The notes under the pieces were generated by a model. The model made no database searches, had not been told where the DNA came from, and saw only the letters and a program-made list of their open reading frames with translations. Shown here piece by piece: positions 37,037-47,438 of a stretch of DNA of 64,000 nucleotides; positions within the stretch are counted from its first letter, which is position 1, and every line of letters starts with the position of its first letter. The DNA lies in contig JAYGCM010000045.1 of NCBI GenBank assembly GCA_046583355.1, positions 10,867 through 74,866 on the forward strand, read 5' to 3'. The position numbers and the translations under genes were made by a program. Source of the DNA: Deltaproteobacteria bacterium (GTDB taxonomy: Bacteria; Desulfobacterota; Binatia; UBA12015).

Positions 37037-38389
37037 ATGGTTGCGATGCAGGGATACCGACTTTTCTCCTGGGAACTGAGTTATTTCTCGGCCAAATCCC
37101 GCGCCTACCTGCGTTGGAAGGAAGCCATGGGCGGCCTGCCCGAGGGCTTCGAGGACGTGCTCGCCACCAATGATCTGCTCGCCGGCCTCCTCTTGCCGGC
37201 CACCGGGACCATGGCCGTGCCGCAGTTGCAGACGCCGGACGGGCGTTTCGTGCAGGATTCCAGCGAGATCATCGACGTGGTCGAAGCCGCGCACCCGACC
37301 CCGCCGGTGGCCCCCGCCGCCGCAAGCAACCCACGCCAGGCGTTGACCGCGTGGCTGATCGAGCTTCTCGCCGACGAATGGATGCTGCCGCTGGGCTTCT
37401 GGGAACGCTGGCGCCATACCCTGCCCGACGTCGAGCCGAACCATGCCCGCTACAATGCGCTGCAATGGGGCAGCAGCGACGCCCATGCGACCAACGCCGA
37501 GGAGCGCCTGGCCGCCGGCGAAAACCTCTTCGAACTGCTCTTCGGCCTCTCGCACGCGCGTACCAAGCCGGTCGCCGTCTACGCCGGCGCCCGCGCACTC
37601 GGCGTCACGCCGGAGACCGAGGCCGCCTGGGATCTCAGTATGGTGCGCATGCTCGATATTCTCAATACGCATTTTGGCAAGCATGATTTTTGTTTCGGCG
37701 GCCAGCCGACGCTTGCCGATTTCGCATTGATGGCCCCCCTCTACCCGCACCTCTACCGCGATCCCGTGCCGGGTTTCTTCCTGCGCCGCGAGTTCCCTTT
37801 CCTCGCCGATTGGGTCGACCGGACCAACGGCACGAACGCGCTCGGCGCACGCACTTACAACCAGACAATCTATTCCGTCGGTGCCGGAGGCGAATTGGTC
37901 GGCCGCCCAGCGACCAGCGACGGCGGCGCCTTGCTGCCCGACGATACGGTCCCCGAGACCCTGCTGCCGCTGCTCGGCGTTTTCTTCGAGGAAATGTGGC
38001 CCGTGCTCGAGTCCGCGATGCGCACGCTCACCGCGTTCCTCGCAAGCGATGCGCACGCGGCGGGCGGCGAAGTACCCGGCAAAAGCTTCACCGCGACACC
38101 CGGCTTCGAGGCTCTGCAAACCGGCAACGGCCCGCTGACGCATGCGTTCCAGCTCGGCGGGGTGGCGGCCCGGCGCATGGTCGTGCCCTACCAGATCTGG
38201 ATGCTCGGCCGCCTGCTACCCATCCTTGCGCAATGCCGTGCGAGCGAAGGTGGCGCCACAGCAATCGAGAATCTACTCGCGCCCTTCCCCGGCGCCGAGC
38301 GCTTCCTTGAGTTGGAACGCGCCCTGCGCGGCTGCCGTCTGCGCAAAGAAGGTGGCCTGCTCTACTCGATAGATCCGGCCGAAAAGTAG
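37037..38389 (+). CDS. Glutathione S-transferase-like protein
   Basis: SYFSAKSRAYLRWK, VPQL......QDSSEII, ELLADEW, F.FGGQPTLADFAL. Confidence 0.82.
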   Translation: MVAMQGYRLFSWELSYFSAKSRAYLRWKEAMGGLPEGFEDVLATNDLLAGLLLPATGTMAVPQLQTPDGRFVQDSSEIIDVVEAAHPTPPVAPAAASNPRQALTAWLIELLADEWMLPLGFWERWRHTLPDVEPNHARYNALQWGSSDAHATNAEERLAAGENLFELLFGLSHARTKPVAVYAGARALGVTPETEAAWDLSMVRMLDILNTHFGKHDFCFGGQPTLADFALMAPLYPHLYRDPVPGFFLRREFPFLADWVDRTNGTNALGARTYNQTIYSVGAGGELVGRPATSDGGALLPDDTVPETLLPLLGVFFEEMWPVLESAMRTLTAFLASDAHAAGGEVPGKSFTATPGFEALQTGNGPLTHAFQLGGVAARRMVVPYQIWMLGRLLPILAQCRASEGGATAIENLLAPFPGAERFLELERALRGCRLRKEGGLLYSIDPAEK

Positions 38390-38395
38390 GCCTGC
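38375..38395 (+). repeat. Solo end of the hairpin element containing the GST stop codon
   Basis: CCGGCCGAAAAGTAGGCCTGC encodes PAEK-stop. Confidence 0.8.
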
Positions 38396-38403
38396 CTCCA
38401 GGC

Positions 38404-40050
38404 TCAGCGCGCCGTCAGGGCCGTGTCGACGATTTCCTGGGCCTCGGCCTGGATTCGGCGCAGGTGGTCGTGGCCGAGGAAACTCTCGGCGTAGATTTTG
38501 TAGATCGCTTCGGTGCCGGAGGGGCGCGCCGCAAACCAGCCGTTCTCGGTCGTGACCTTGAGGCCACCGATGGCGGCATCGTTCGCCGGTGCACGGGTGA
38601 GTCGGGCGGTGATCTTCTCACCCGCCAACTCGTCCTGCGTCACGCTGGCGGCATCGAGCTTCTGAAAGCCGGCCTTGAGCTCCGGCGATGCCGGCGCACT
38701 CGTGCGTTCATAAACAGGGCTGCCGAAGCGTTCTTCCAGCTCGGCATAATGCTCGGCTGGGTCGCGCCCCGTGGTGGCGAGGATCTCAGCAGCCAGCAAA
38801 CAAAGCAGAGGGCCGTCCTTGTCGGTCGTCCAGGTCGTGCCGTCCAGGCGCAAGAAGGCCGCACCAGCGCTCTCTTCGCCGCCAAATACATAATCGCCCG
38901 AGCCCAATCCCTCGACGAACCATTTGAAGCCGACCGGCACCTCGGCAATCTCGCGCCCGACCAGGCCCGCCACGCGGTCGATCATGCTGCTCGAGACCAT
39001 CGTCTTGCCGATCCGCGACGCGGCCGGCCATTTGCTGCGCGTCTCACAAAGATAGCGGATCGCCACGGCGAGGTAGGGATTCGGCGCCAGCAAGCCGGCG
39101 CCGCGCGTGACGATCCCGTGGCGGTCGGCGTCGCCGTCGTTGCCAAACGCGATATCAAAGCGGTCGCGCAACTCGACCAGGCTCGCCATCGCCCAGGGCG
39201 ACGAGCAATCCATGCGGATTTTGCCGTCGCGGTCGACCGTCATCATCGAGAAGGTCGGGTCGATGCGGGAATCGACGATTTCAATATCGAGACGATGTAC
39301 CTCGGCGATGCGTCGCCAGGTATCGAGCGCCGCGCCGCCCAGGGGGTGTACGCCGAGGCTCAAACCGGCGCCGCGGATCGCCTCGATATCCAGAATATTC
39401 GGCAGGTCCGCCACATAGGGGCCGGTCAGGTCGCGTTCGGTCGTCGTCGACGCCGCGAGCGCCTGTACCCAAGGAAGGCGCTTCACGCCGCGTAAGCCAG
39501 CCTGCAGAATTTCGTTCGCGCGCGTCTCGATGCGCCCGGTGGTGGCGGCATCGGCCGGGCCGCCACTGGGCGGGTTGTATTTGAAACCGCCATCTTCGGG
39601 CGGATTATGCGAGGGCGTGATCACGATGCCATCGGCCAGCCCGCTTTTGCAGCCGCGGTTCCAGGTGAGGATCGCATGCGAAATCACGGGTGTCGGCGTC
39701 GCACCGCGCCCCGCTTCCAAAACGACCTCGACGCCGTTGCCGGCCAGCACCTCGACCGCAGTCACCAGCGCCGGCTCACTGAGCGCATGCGTGTCGATAC
39801 CGACGAAAAGCGGGCCGTCGATGCCGTCGGCGACCCGCAGCTCACAAAGGGCTTGCGTTACCGCGAGAATATGGGCCTCGTTGAAAGCCCCGACCAGCGC
39901 CGAGCCGCGGTGCCCGGAAGTGCCGAAAGAGACCCGCTGCGCGGGATCATCCGGGTCAGGACGCTGCGTGAAATACGCAGTGACCAAGCGCGGTACATTG
40001 ATGAGAATTTCCTGGGGTGCCAGCTTCCCCGCCAGCTCGTGCGTTGCCAT
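38404..40050 (-). CDS. pgm: Phosphoglucomutase
   Basis: [39 protein letters not shown] 40050 gives 548 aa. Confidence 0.96.
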   Translation of the reverse strand: MATHELAGKLAPQEILINVPRLVTAYFTQRPDPDDPAQRVSFGTSGHRGSALVGAFNEAHILAVTQALCELRVADGIDGPLFVGIDTHALSEPALVTAVEVLAGNGVEVVLEAGRGATPTPVISHAILTWNRGCKSGLADGIVITPSHNPPEDGGFKYNPPSGGPADAATTGRIETRANEILQAGLRGVKRLPWVQALAASTTTERDLTGPYVADLPNILDIEAIRGAGLSLGVHPLGGAALDTWRRIAEVHRLDIEIVDSRIDPTFSMMTVDRDGKIRMDCSSPWAMASLVELRDRFDIAFGNDGDADRHGIVTRGAGLLAPNPYLAVAIRYLCETRSKWPAASRIGKTMVSSSMIDRVAGLVGREIAEVPVGFKWFVEGLGSGDYVFGGEESAGAAFLRLDGTTWTTDKDGPLLCLLAAEILATTGRDPAEHYAELEERFGSPVYERTSAPASPELKAGFQKLDAASVTQDELAGEKITARLTRAPANDAAIGGLKVTTENGWFAARPSGTEAIYKIYAESFLGHDHLRRIQAEAQEIVDTALTAR

Positions 40051-40079
40051 CGAGAACGGGGTACCAAATCGGCGGGAAG

Positions 40080-41984
40080 ATGACGACAGCCGAGAAAAAG
40101 ACGATCGCCGCCTTCGGCACCTGGGAATCGCCGCTGCAGCCCGACACCATGGTCGCCGGGCAGGTCGGCTTGGGCTCACCTCTGCCCAGCGGTTTCGGCT
40201 TGCTCTGGACGGAATCCCGCCCCAGCGAAGGCGGCCGCGTGGCGCTGGTCTGCGAGGAGGCCGCCGGCGAAGTCGCTGATTTGTTGGACGCCGCGTGGAG
40301 CCTGCGCTCGCGCGCGCACGAATACGGCGGCGGTGCGCTGGCCGCCAATGCAACGCGCCTGGTCTTCTCGAACGATGCCGACCAGCGCCTCTACGTGCGC
40401 AACGTCGGCACGGCGGCACCCTGCCCGCTTACCCCGGCGGGCAAATTCGCGTTCGCGGACATCGCACTTGACGAGCGCCGCGCCGGCCTCTTCTGTGTCC
40501 GCGAAAACCATAGCCAGGCGGGTGAGGCGCAAAACGAAATCGTGCGCATCTCGTGGGCCGGAGAAGAAATCGCCGTGGTCGTCGCGGGCCGGGATTTCGT
40601 CGCGGCGCCGCGCCTCTCACCAGATGGTACGCAGCTCGCGTGGATTGCCTGGGATCACCCGAATATGCCGTGGGACGACTCCGAGGTCTGGCTCGCGGAT
40701 ATCGACGAGCGAGGTGATCTTGCCCGGGCGCGATGCATCGCCGGCGGGCCCGGCGAGGCCGTCTTCCAACCCGAATGGTCCCCCGCAGGAGTGCTTCATT
40801 TCGTCTCCGACAAAAGCGGCTGGTGGAACCTCTACCGGTGGGAGAACGACCAGGCGCGGCCACTCTGCCCCATGGAGGCCGAGTTCGGGCTGCCCCAATG
40901 GGTCTTCGGCATGCGCACCTATGCATTCGCCAGCGAAGACGAGATCCTCTGTACCTGGGGCCGTGGCGGCGTCTGGCAACTCGGCCGCCTCGATACGCGC
41001 AGCGGCAGGCTGCAGGCGATCGACACACCATTTTCCGGGTTTGATGGAATACGCGTCGACGGCCGACACCTGAGCTTCCTGGGCGCGCGCCGCGATGGCC
41101 CCTCGGCCATCGTATCGCTCGACCTCGCAGACGATTCCGTGCGCATCGTGCGGGAATCCGGCCAGGCTCTGCTGACACCAGGCGATATCTCTCACCCCGA
41201 GACCTTGGAGATCCGCACGCCAGACGGCGCCTGCACGCACGCGTTCTTCTACCCCCCGAACAATGCACGTTTCACGGCACCCATAGGCGAGTTGCCGCCG
41301 CTGCGGGTCAAATCGCATGGCGGCCCGACCGGTTCGGCACGCGCCGATTTCGACCCGCGAATCCAATTCTGGACCACCCGCGGGTTTGCCGTCGTCGATG
41401 TGAATTACCGCGGCAGCACCGGCTACGGGCGGGCCTATCGGGAGGCCCTGAAAGGGCATTGGGGCGTGCATGATGTGGCAGATTGCGAAGCGGCGGCGCT
41501 GCATCTCGCACGCGCAGGACGGGTCGACGCCAAACGGCTGACGATTCAGGGCGGCAGCGCCGGCGGCTATACGACTCTGGCGGCCTTGGCCTTCACCGAT
41601 ACCTTCGCCTGCGGCGCGAGCCATTATGGCATCGGCGATCTCGCCGCACTCGCCCGCGACACGCATAAATTCGAGTCCCGCTATCTCGATGCCCTGGTCG
41701 CGCCCTGGCCCGCAGGCGAGGCCATCTACGCCGCACGCTCACCCCTGGCGCATGCCGACCAGCTCTCGTGCCCCGTCATTTTCTTTCAGGGCCTGGACGA
41801 TAAGGTCGTGCCACCCAACCAGGCCGAAGCGATGGTCGCGGCGCTCAAGGCCAAGGGAATCCGCGTCGAATACATTGCGCTGGCCGGCGAAGGGCACGGC
41901 TTCCGACGCGCGGAGTCCATCATCAAGGTACTCAACCGCGAACTGGCCTTCTTCTGCGAAGTCCTCGGGATACCGCTTTGCTGA
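40080..41984 (+). CDS. S9 family peptidase (DPP/acylaminoacyl-peptidase-like)
   Basis: [42 protein letters not shown]. Confidence 0.92.
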   Translation: MTTAEKKTIAAFGTWESPLQPDTMVAGQVGLGSPLPSGFGLLWTESRPSEGGRVALVCEEAAGEVADLLDAAWSLRSRAHEYGGGALAANATRLVFSNDADQRLYVRNVGTAAPCPLTPAGKFAFADIALDERRAGLFCVRENHSQAGEAQNEIVRISWAGEEIAVVVAGRDFVAAPRLSPDGTQLAWIAWDHPNMPWDDSEVWLADIDERGDLARARCIAGGPGEAVFQPEWSPAGVLHFVSDKSGWWNLYRWENDQARPLCPMEAEFGLPQWVFGMRTYAFASEDEILCTWGRGGVWQLGRLDTRSGRLQAIDTPFSGFDGIRVDGRHLSFLGARRDGPSAIVSLDLADDSVRIVRESGQALLTPGDISHPETLEIRTPDGACTHAFFYPPNNARFTAPIGELPPLRVKSHGGPTGSARADFDPRIQFWTTRGFAVVDVNYRGSTGYGRAYREALKGHWGVHDVADCEAAALHLARAGRVDAKRLTIQGGSAGGYTTLAALAFTDTFACGASHYGIGDLAALARDTHKFESRYLDALVAPWPAGEAIYAARSPLAHADQLSCPVIFFQGLDDKVVPPNQAEAMVAALKAKGIRVEYIALAGEGHGFRRAESIIKVLNRELAFFCEVLGIPLC

Positions 41985-42094
41985 ATCCGATTCTCCGCCG
42001 CCGAGAACTCCTGCGCGCCGCGGCGCGCTGCCCCTCGGTTCGCCAATCGCTCGCCGGGTTCGACCGACGCACGAGAGAGAGATAGGGAAGCGAT

Positions 42095-43480
42095 ATGCTG
42101 ACGCCAATTCCGACTCCATTGGCCAGCCCCGTTCCTGGCCCTACTGAGACCGCCGCGCTCAATGCCGCACGAGCCGTACGCGACGCGACCGTCGAGAAAA
42201 TTCAGGATTCCTGGTTCTTCGAATTGGTGCTCGATAGGTTCGGCCAACTGGCCGGAGGCATCATGGCCAGCGGCGTACCCGCGCCCTGGCCGACCATCAT
42301 CTCGGCCGGGCTCAGCATCCTCGCACTCCTGGTCATCGGCATCGGGGTGTTTCGCCTCATGGATCTGCTGATTCCGATTCTCCTTCGTCGCATCGTCGGG
42401 CACTGGAGCGAGGATTGGGCACGCGTGCTCGAGGAAGAACGGGTCCTGCACCGTCTGGCGCATCTCGCCCCTCTGGCGGTGCTCGCCGCCTCCCTGCCCG
42501 TCGTGGCCGTATTCGGCTTTGCCGGGCCTCTGCTGATCGCAATCGAGCTCTATGCCATCTGGATCTTCCTCGCCCTGATTCTCGCCATGGTCGGACTCAT
42601 TCTCGGCTTGTTGCAATTGCGTCCCGAGATGAGCTCGCTGCCAGTCAATACAATCGAGCAGGCGATCAAACTCTTCGTCACCATCATCGGCGTCCTGCTC
42701 GCCTTGAGCGTGACCTTCGACCGCTCGCCGATCTTCTTCCTCTCCGGCATCGGCGCCGCCACGGCGGTGATCATATTGGTCTTCCGCGACACGCTACTCG
42801 GGCTGGTCGCCGGCATCATTCTCGCCCTGAACGATATGGTGCGCGTCGGTGACTGGATCGAAATTCCGGGCACGGCGGTCAATGGCGACGTAACCGAGAT
42901 GACGCTGACCACCGTCCGAGTGCAGAATTTCGACCGCACAACGGTGCTGGTCCCCGCCTATGATCTGATCTCCAAATCCGTGATCAATTGGCGCGGCATG
43001 GTCGACTCCGGCGGGCGTCGCATCAAGCGTCCGATTCATATTGATATGAACACGATCCACTATGTGGACCGCGAGCTTCTGGAAAAGTTTCGCCGCTTCG
43101 ACCTTCTCGGCGATTACCTCGACGCGAAGATCAGCGAGATCGACGCGTGGAACGAGTCACATCCGGCGCAAAAAGCCGAAGAGATCAACACCCGGCGCCA
43201 GACGAATGTCGGCGTCTACCGGGCTTATATCGTGGCCTATCTCCGCGCCCACCCGAAGGTCCATAGCGCCGGCTTTACCTTTCTCGTACGGCAGCTTGAA
43301 CCGACCGCTGCGGGCCTGCCCATCGAGGTCTATGTCTTCACCAACGACAATCGCTGGGCCGAATACGAAGATATCCAGGCCGATATCTTCGACCACCTAC
43401 TGGCGGCCGCGCCCGAGTTCGGTCTGCGCATTTTCCAGAGCCCGAGCGGCACCGACCTGCGCGAACTCAAGCAGGCATGA
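42095..43480 (+). CDS. Small-conductance mechanosensitive channel (YbdG-like)
   Basis: GIGA.TAV..LVF.DT.LGLVAG, VGDWI, TTV.VQNFD, NWRGM..SGGRRIKR, QADIFDH. Confidence 0.92.
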   Translation: MLTPIPTPLASPVPGPTETAALNAARAVRDATVEKIQDSWFFELVLDRFGQLAGGIMASGVPAPWPTIISAGLSILALLVIGIGVFRLMDLLIPILLRRIVGHWSEDWARVLEEERVLHRLAHLAPLAVLAASLPVVAVFGFAGPLLIAIELYAIWIFLALILAMVGLILGLLQLRPEMSSLPVNTIEQAIKLFVTIIGVLLALSVTFDRSPIFFLSGIGAATAVIILVFRDTLLGLVAGIILALNDMVRVGDWIEIPGTAVNGDVTEMTLTTVRVQNFDRTTVLVPAYDLISKSVINWRGMVDSGGRRIKRPIHIDMNTIHYVDRELLEKFRRFDLLGDYLDAKISEIDAWNESHPAQKAEEINTRRQTNVGVYRAYIVAYLRAHPKVHSAGFTFLVRQLEPTAAGLPIEVYVFTNDNRWAEYEDIQADIFDHLLAAAPEFGLRIFQSPSGTDLRELKQA

Positions 43481-45170
43481 CATAGCCATCCTTGAGGGGA
43501 TGGACGTGTTTTTCCCAGATGCCCTGGTAGCGCGCCTCAAAGCGGGCGGGCTTCTGCAACATCTGCAGGCAGCGCGCCATCTGCTCTTCGCCGGTGCCGG
43601 GTTTGTCATGCAACTCCAGCGCGTAGCGTGAGAAATCGCGACAGAAGACGTCGAAGATCTCGTCGACGAGATCGTCTTCGAGTTGGTAGATCTTCGCGTT
43701 CTCGAGGATCAGCTGCGCGTAGACGATCAGCGCGAAGATCTGCCCCCCGGCAAGCAGATAATCGACATCGCGGCTCTGCTCCTTGCTCGGCGGGCAATCG
43801 GCCAGCATCGACTTGAAGAGCTCGATCTTCGCACGGAAAAGAGCCACATTCGGCGTCTCGAAAAGCGCAAAGGCCGGCGCGTAATCGTGGAATTGGATGC
43901 CTCCGAGCCCCTTGGTTGGTCCCTGGTTGAAAAGGAAATCGTCGTTCACGGCCTCGCTGCGCTGGCCTACCTCGGCGAACTCACCCGGATTGAAGAAATA
44001 ATTCGGCATGAATTTCACCAACAAGGCGATATTCACATGCACCGTACCTTCAAGTTTCGGCAGCGCCCGAATATCGATCGAAGCCTGGCTGAAGAACTGA
44101 TCCTTCTCGAAGCCCTTGGCGGCGATGGCATCCCAAATCAGATTCATCACCTCTTCGCCCTGAGTCGTGACCTTCATTTTGGTCATCGGGTTGAAGAGAA
44201 GATAGCGCCGATCCTCGGCGGATGCGGCGCGGAAATAATCAGAGGCACGCAGAGCGAAGAGCTTCATCGCCACCAGACGCAGCCAGCCGTCGACGAACAT
44301 CTTGCGCACATGCGACATATCCGTGACCGGCATTCCGAAGAGAATGCGATTCGCGGAGTGCTGGATCGCCTCGTAGAAGGCATGCGTCGCCATTCCGATC
44401 GACGCCCAGCCGAGGTTGAATTTCCCGATATTGATCGTATTGAGCGCCGCATCCCAGGCATCCCGCCCCTTGTGCAGAATATCGGCTTCCGTCAGCGGGT
44501 AGTCCTGCAGCGCGTACTCGGAGACGTAATTCTGACTCGCAACTACATTTTTGACGAGCTGGTATTTTTCGTGCTGCGGGTCAGCGGCGAAGAAGACATA
44601 GGGGTCGTCTTTGTCGGTACCGATGCGGCCGAAGGTCGAGACGATCGACGCCTTGTTGCCGTTGCCGATATAGTATTTGCTGCCGGTGGCCTCGTAGCGG
44701 CCTTCGTCAACCACCTTGAGGATCATATCGGTCGAGTAGATATCGGCACCGTGGGTCTTCTCGGAGAGACCAAAGGCAAAGATGCCGCCTTCCTGGAGGA
44801 GCTTCGCCGTACGCTGCTTGACCTCCTCGTTATCGCTCATCCAGATCGGGCCGAGACCGAGCACCGAGACCTGCCAGACATACCAATAGGGCAAGCCGTA
44901 GAAGCCGAGAATCTCGGCAAACTCACAATTGCGCCAGGTATCCCAACGCGAGTCCTCGGCACCGTAGCCGGCCGGCGTACAGATGGTCGCAAAGAGGCCC
45001 TCGCGGCCGGCGTATTCGAGAAAATCGGCGTACCATTCGCGGTCGTAGAACTCTTCGAGAAGTTTCTCCCGGCCACGGTTCTCGAAGAAAGCGATGGTCT
45101 TCTCCATCACCTCACGCGAGCGGGTATCCGAGTATTTCTTTTCAAGATGATGAGGGTCGAGGAGAATCAT
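43467..45170 (-). CDS. Acyl-CoA dehydrogenase
   Basis: AFGLSE..HGAD, G.KYYIGN, R.LFG, LPKLEGT; ATG overlaps the bioD stop. Confidence 0.88.
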   Translation of the reverse strand: MILLDPHHLEKKYSDTRSREVMEKTIAFFENRGREKLLEEFYDREWYADFLEYAGREGLFATICTPAGYGAEDSRWDTWRNCEFAEILGFYGLPYWYVWQVSVLGLGPIWMSDNEEVKQRTAKLLQEGGIFAFGLSEKTHGADIYSTDMILKVVDEGRYEATGSKYYIGNGNKASIVSTFGRIGTDKDDPYVFFAADPQHEKYQLVKNVVASQNYVSEYALQDYPLTEADILHKGRDAWDAALNTINIGKFNLGWASIGMATHAFYEAIQHSANRILFGMPVTDMSHVRKMFVDGWLRLVAMKLFALRASDYFRAASAEDRRYLLFNPMTKMKVTTQGEEVMNLIWDAIAAKGFEKDQFFSQASIDIRALPKLEGTVHVNIALLVKFMPNYFFNPGEFAEVGQRSEAVNDDFLFNQGPTKGLGGIQFHDYAPAFALFETPNVALFRAKIELFKSMLADCPPSKEQSRDVDYLLAGGQIFALIVYAQLILENAKIYQLEDDLVDEIFDVFCRDFSRYALELHDKPGTGEEQMARCLQMLQKPARFEARYQGIWEKHVHPLKDGYVMPA

Positions 45171-45829
45171 GCGAGTTTCCTTCCGAGCAATGCAACGCCG
45201 TCGTCGGCGAAGGGAATTTCCGCCAGAATCGGGGCCGGGTCAAGACGCGCGAGCGATTCGCGCAGGGTTTTTTTCGCTAAATCTGTGTCTGGCGAGAGGT
45301 GGTTGAGAACCACGCCCTCGATCACCAACCCGCGCTGACGCGCCGCCTGGAGTGTGAGGAGTGCGTGATTGATCGCGCCCAATTGCACACCAACGACCAC
45401 GATCAGGCGCGCATCGAGGCGCGCGGCAAGTTGCGCACAATCCACCGCGCCGGCCAGCGGCACGAGCAGCCCGCCGGCACCTTCTACCAACAACACATCC
45501 ACCTCGGCGGCACGGACACGGTATTCAAGCACCAGCGCTTCGATATCCAGGCTCGCCCCGACGCGCTCGGCTGCAATGCCTGGCGCCAGCGCCTCGGCGA
45601 GGCGTAGACCGCAGACCATCGCCAAGGGCTCGTCGGCACCGGCCGCCTCACGCAAAGCCACCGCGTCGGCGGGAACCAATTCGCCGTCCACCTCCGTACA
45701 GCCACTCTCAGACGGCTTACGCGCCGCGACCGAAAGGCCGCGGTACCGCAGCGCGCGCAACAGGCCGCAGCTCACATGCGTCTTACCAACCCCGGTATCG
45801 GTCCCGGTGACAAAAACGATTCCCTTCAT
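45167..45829 (-). CDS. bioD: Dethiobiotin synthase
   Basis: FVTGTDTGVGKT, KP.ESG, VEGAGGLLVP, LGAINHALLT. Confidence 0.95.
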   Translation of the reverse strand: MKGIVFVTGTDTGVGKTHVSCGLLRALRYRGLSVAARKPSESGCTEVDGELVPADAVALREAAGADEPLAMVCGLRLAEALAPGIAAERVGASLDIEALVLEYRVRAAEVDVLLVEGAGGLLVPLAGAVDCAQLAARLDARLIVVVGVQLGAINHALLTLQAARQRGLVIEGVVLNHLSPDTDLAKKTLRESLARLDPAPILAEIPFADDGVALLGRKLA

Positions 45830-46989
45830 GAGGCGGCCACGGCGGCAAGAAGAATGCGGGCAGCCTCATCCATATCTGCGTCCGTATGGGCGGCGATCGG
45901 AGTCACGCGAAGTCTTGCTGTTCCTTCCGGAACAGTCGGCGGGCGGATCGCCGGCGCGAAAAGCCCGGCCACGAGCGCGTGGCGGGCCACCGCCAGAGCT
46001 TTGGCCGAGGTACCGACAATCAGCGGCAGAATCGGGCTCGTGAAAGGCTGCATGGCGATGCCGCCGTCCACCAGCGCCCCGTGCAGGCGGCGACTATTGG
46101 CCCAGAGGCGATCGCGCAAAGCGGGCTCGCTGCGCACCAGCCCCAGCGCGACCCGCGAGGCGCCGATCACCGCCGGCGGCAGACCGGTCGAGAAAATATA
46201 GGCGCGGGCGCGGTTCACCAAGAGGTCGATCAGTGGGCCGGAACCGGCGACAAAAGCACCGTAGCTGCCCAATGCCTTGCCCAGCGTGCCCATGCGCACA
46301 GCCACCTGCCCGCCGAGACCAAGAGAATCGGCATAGCCGGCACCCGAGTCGCCAAAGACGCCCACGGCGTGTGCTTCGTCCAGCATCACCTCGGCATCGA
46401 AGCGCTCGGCCAACTCGACCAGCGCCGTAACCGGCGCGAGATCTCCGTCCATACTGAAGACCGAGTCGCTGAGGATCAGCCGCCGCCGCGCCGGCGTCGC
46501 CTCGAGTTTGCGGCGCAGATCATCCACATCGCGGTGGCGGTAGACCACACAGCGCGCCCGCGCGAGGCGACAACCATCAATCAGACTGGCGTGGTTGAGC
46601 TCGTCGCTGAAGACGACATCGTCCTTGCCCACCAGCGCCGCGATGACGCCGATATTCGCATGATAACCGGAGCCGAAAACGAGAGCGGCCTCTGTGCCCT
46701 GCCAGGCCGCGAGTTCCGCTTCGAGATCCCCATGCACCACCATATGGCCACTGATCAGCGGCGATGCCCCAGCACCCGCCCCACCGGCGGATGTCGCCTC
46801 GTCGGCACCAGCGCGCACGCGCGGATCAGCCGCGAGCCCGAGATAATTATTCGAGGCCAGGCAGAGTACCTTGCGACCGTCGAGCGCAACTCTCGCCCCC
46901 TGCATGCCGGCAACCGAACGACGAGCCCGCAGCAGGTCGCGAGCGGCCAAATCGTCGAGTTCCGATCCAAGGTCGCGGATCCACGCCAT
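45826..46989 (-). CDS. bioF: 8-amino-7-oxononanoate synthase
   Basis: SNNYLGLA, SGY.AN, NHASLIDG, SVFSMDGD, DEAHA.G, GTLGKALG, AIRPPTVP. Confidence 0.93.
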   Translation of the reverse strand: MAWIRDLGSELDDLAARDLLRARRSVAGMQGARVALDGRKVLCLASNNYLGLAADPRVRAGADEATSAGGAGAGASPLISGHMVVHGDLEAELAAWQGTEAALVFGSGYHANIGVIAALVGKDDVVFSDELNHASLIDGCRLARARCVVYRHRDVDDLRRKLEATPARRRLILSDSVFSMDGDLAPVTALVELAERFDAEVMLDEAHAVGVFGDSGAGYADSLGLGGQVAVRMGTLGKALGSYGAFVAGSGPLIDLLVNRARAYIFSTGLPPAVIGASRVALGLVRSEPALRDRLWANSRRLHGALVDGGIAMQPFTSPILPLIVGTSAKALAVARHALVAGLFAPAIRPPTVPEGTARLRVTPIAAHTDADMDEAARILLAAVAAS

Positions 46990-47167
46990 GCCGACTCGCT
47001 ACCGCAAAAACCAACCCGCCGCACAATCCGCGGCATCCAACCGCGCGAGAGGCCGGGCCGAACGTCAGATGCACGCCGGCAAGGGCAGTTCTGCACCCTG
47101 CGATGTGCACCCAAGCTCCGGCACAAACAGAAACACGAGCATTGACGGCCAAGCAGCCTTCTTGAAG

Positions 47168-47184
47168 CTGGCACAATATCTGCT
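47168..47184 (+). promoter_or_regulatory. Sigma54 (-24/-12) promoter
   Basis: CTGGCACAATATCTGCT is near-consensus TGGCAC-N5-TTGC; GGAGG follows at 47202. Confidence 0.7.
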
Positions 47185-47217
47185 CTCTCGTACGGCACAA
47201 CGGAGGTGCGAGGGCCG

Positions 47218-47424
47218 ATGATGACTGTAGGATCGATATTCGAACTGTTGACGCTGGGGCTTCCACCGATGAGCCTCTACGGGGCTTTTCTAGTGGGAAT
47301 TGTCGCGGTAGACTTGTGGCTGGAGATCCGCGAGGCGTGGGAGCCAGAGGCCGCGACACCAACGCCCTTGCCGGCAGCGGGTGGACCCGCTGCCCACTGG
47401 AAACCTGCTCCGAGCGGAGCCTGA
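47218..47424 (+). CDS. Small membrane protein (68 aa)
   Basis: Hydrophobic segment LYGAFLVGIVAVDLWL, upstream GGAGG and sigma54 motif; stop 14 bp before the Coq4-like ATG. Confidence 0.5.
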   Translation: MMTVGSIFELLTLGLPPMSLYGAFLVGIVAVDLWLEIREAWEPEAATPTPLPAAGGPAAHWKPAPSGA

Positions 47425-47438
47425 GAGGAAGATCAGAC

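Noticed and set aside
38404..40419. 671-aa extended phosphoglucomutase
   Set aside because: The extension overlaps the divergent S9 peptidase; ATG 40050 gives a normal-length Pgm
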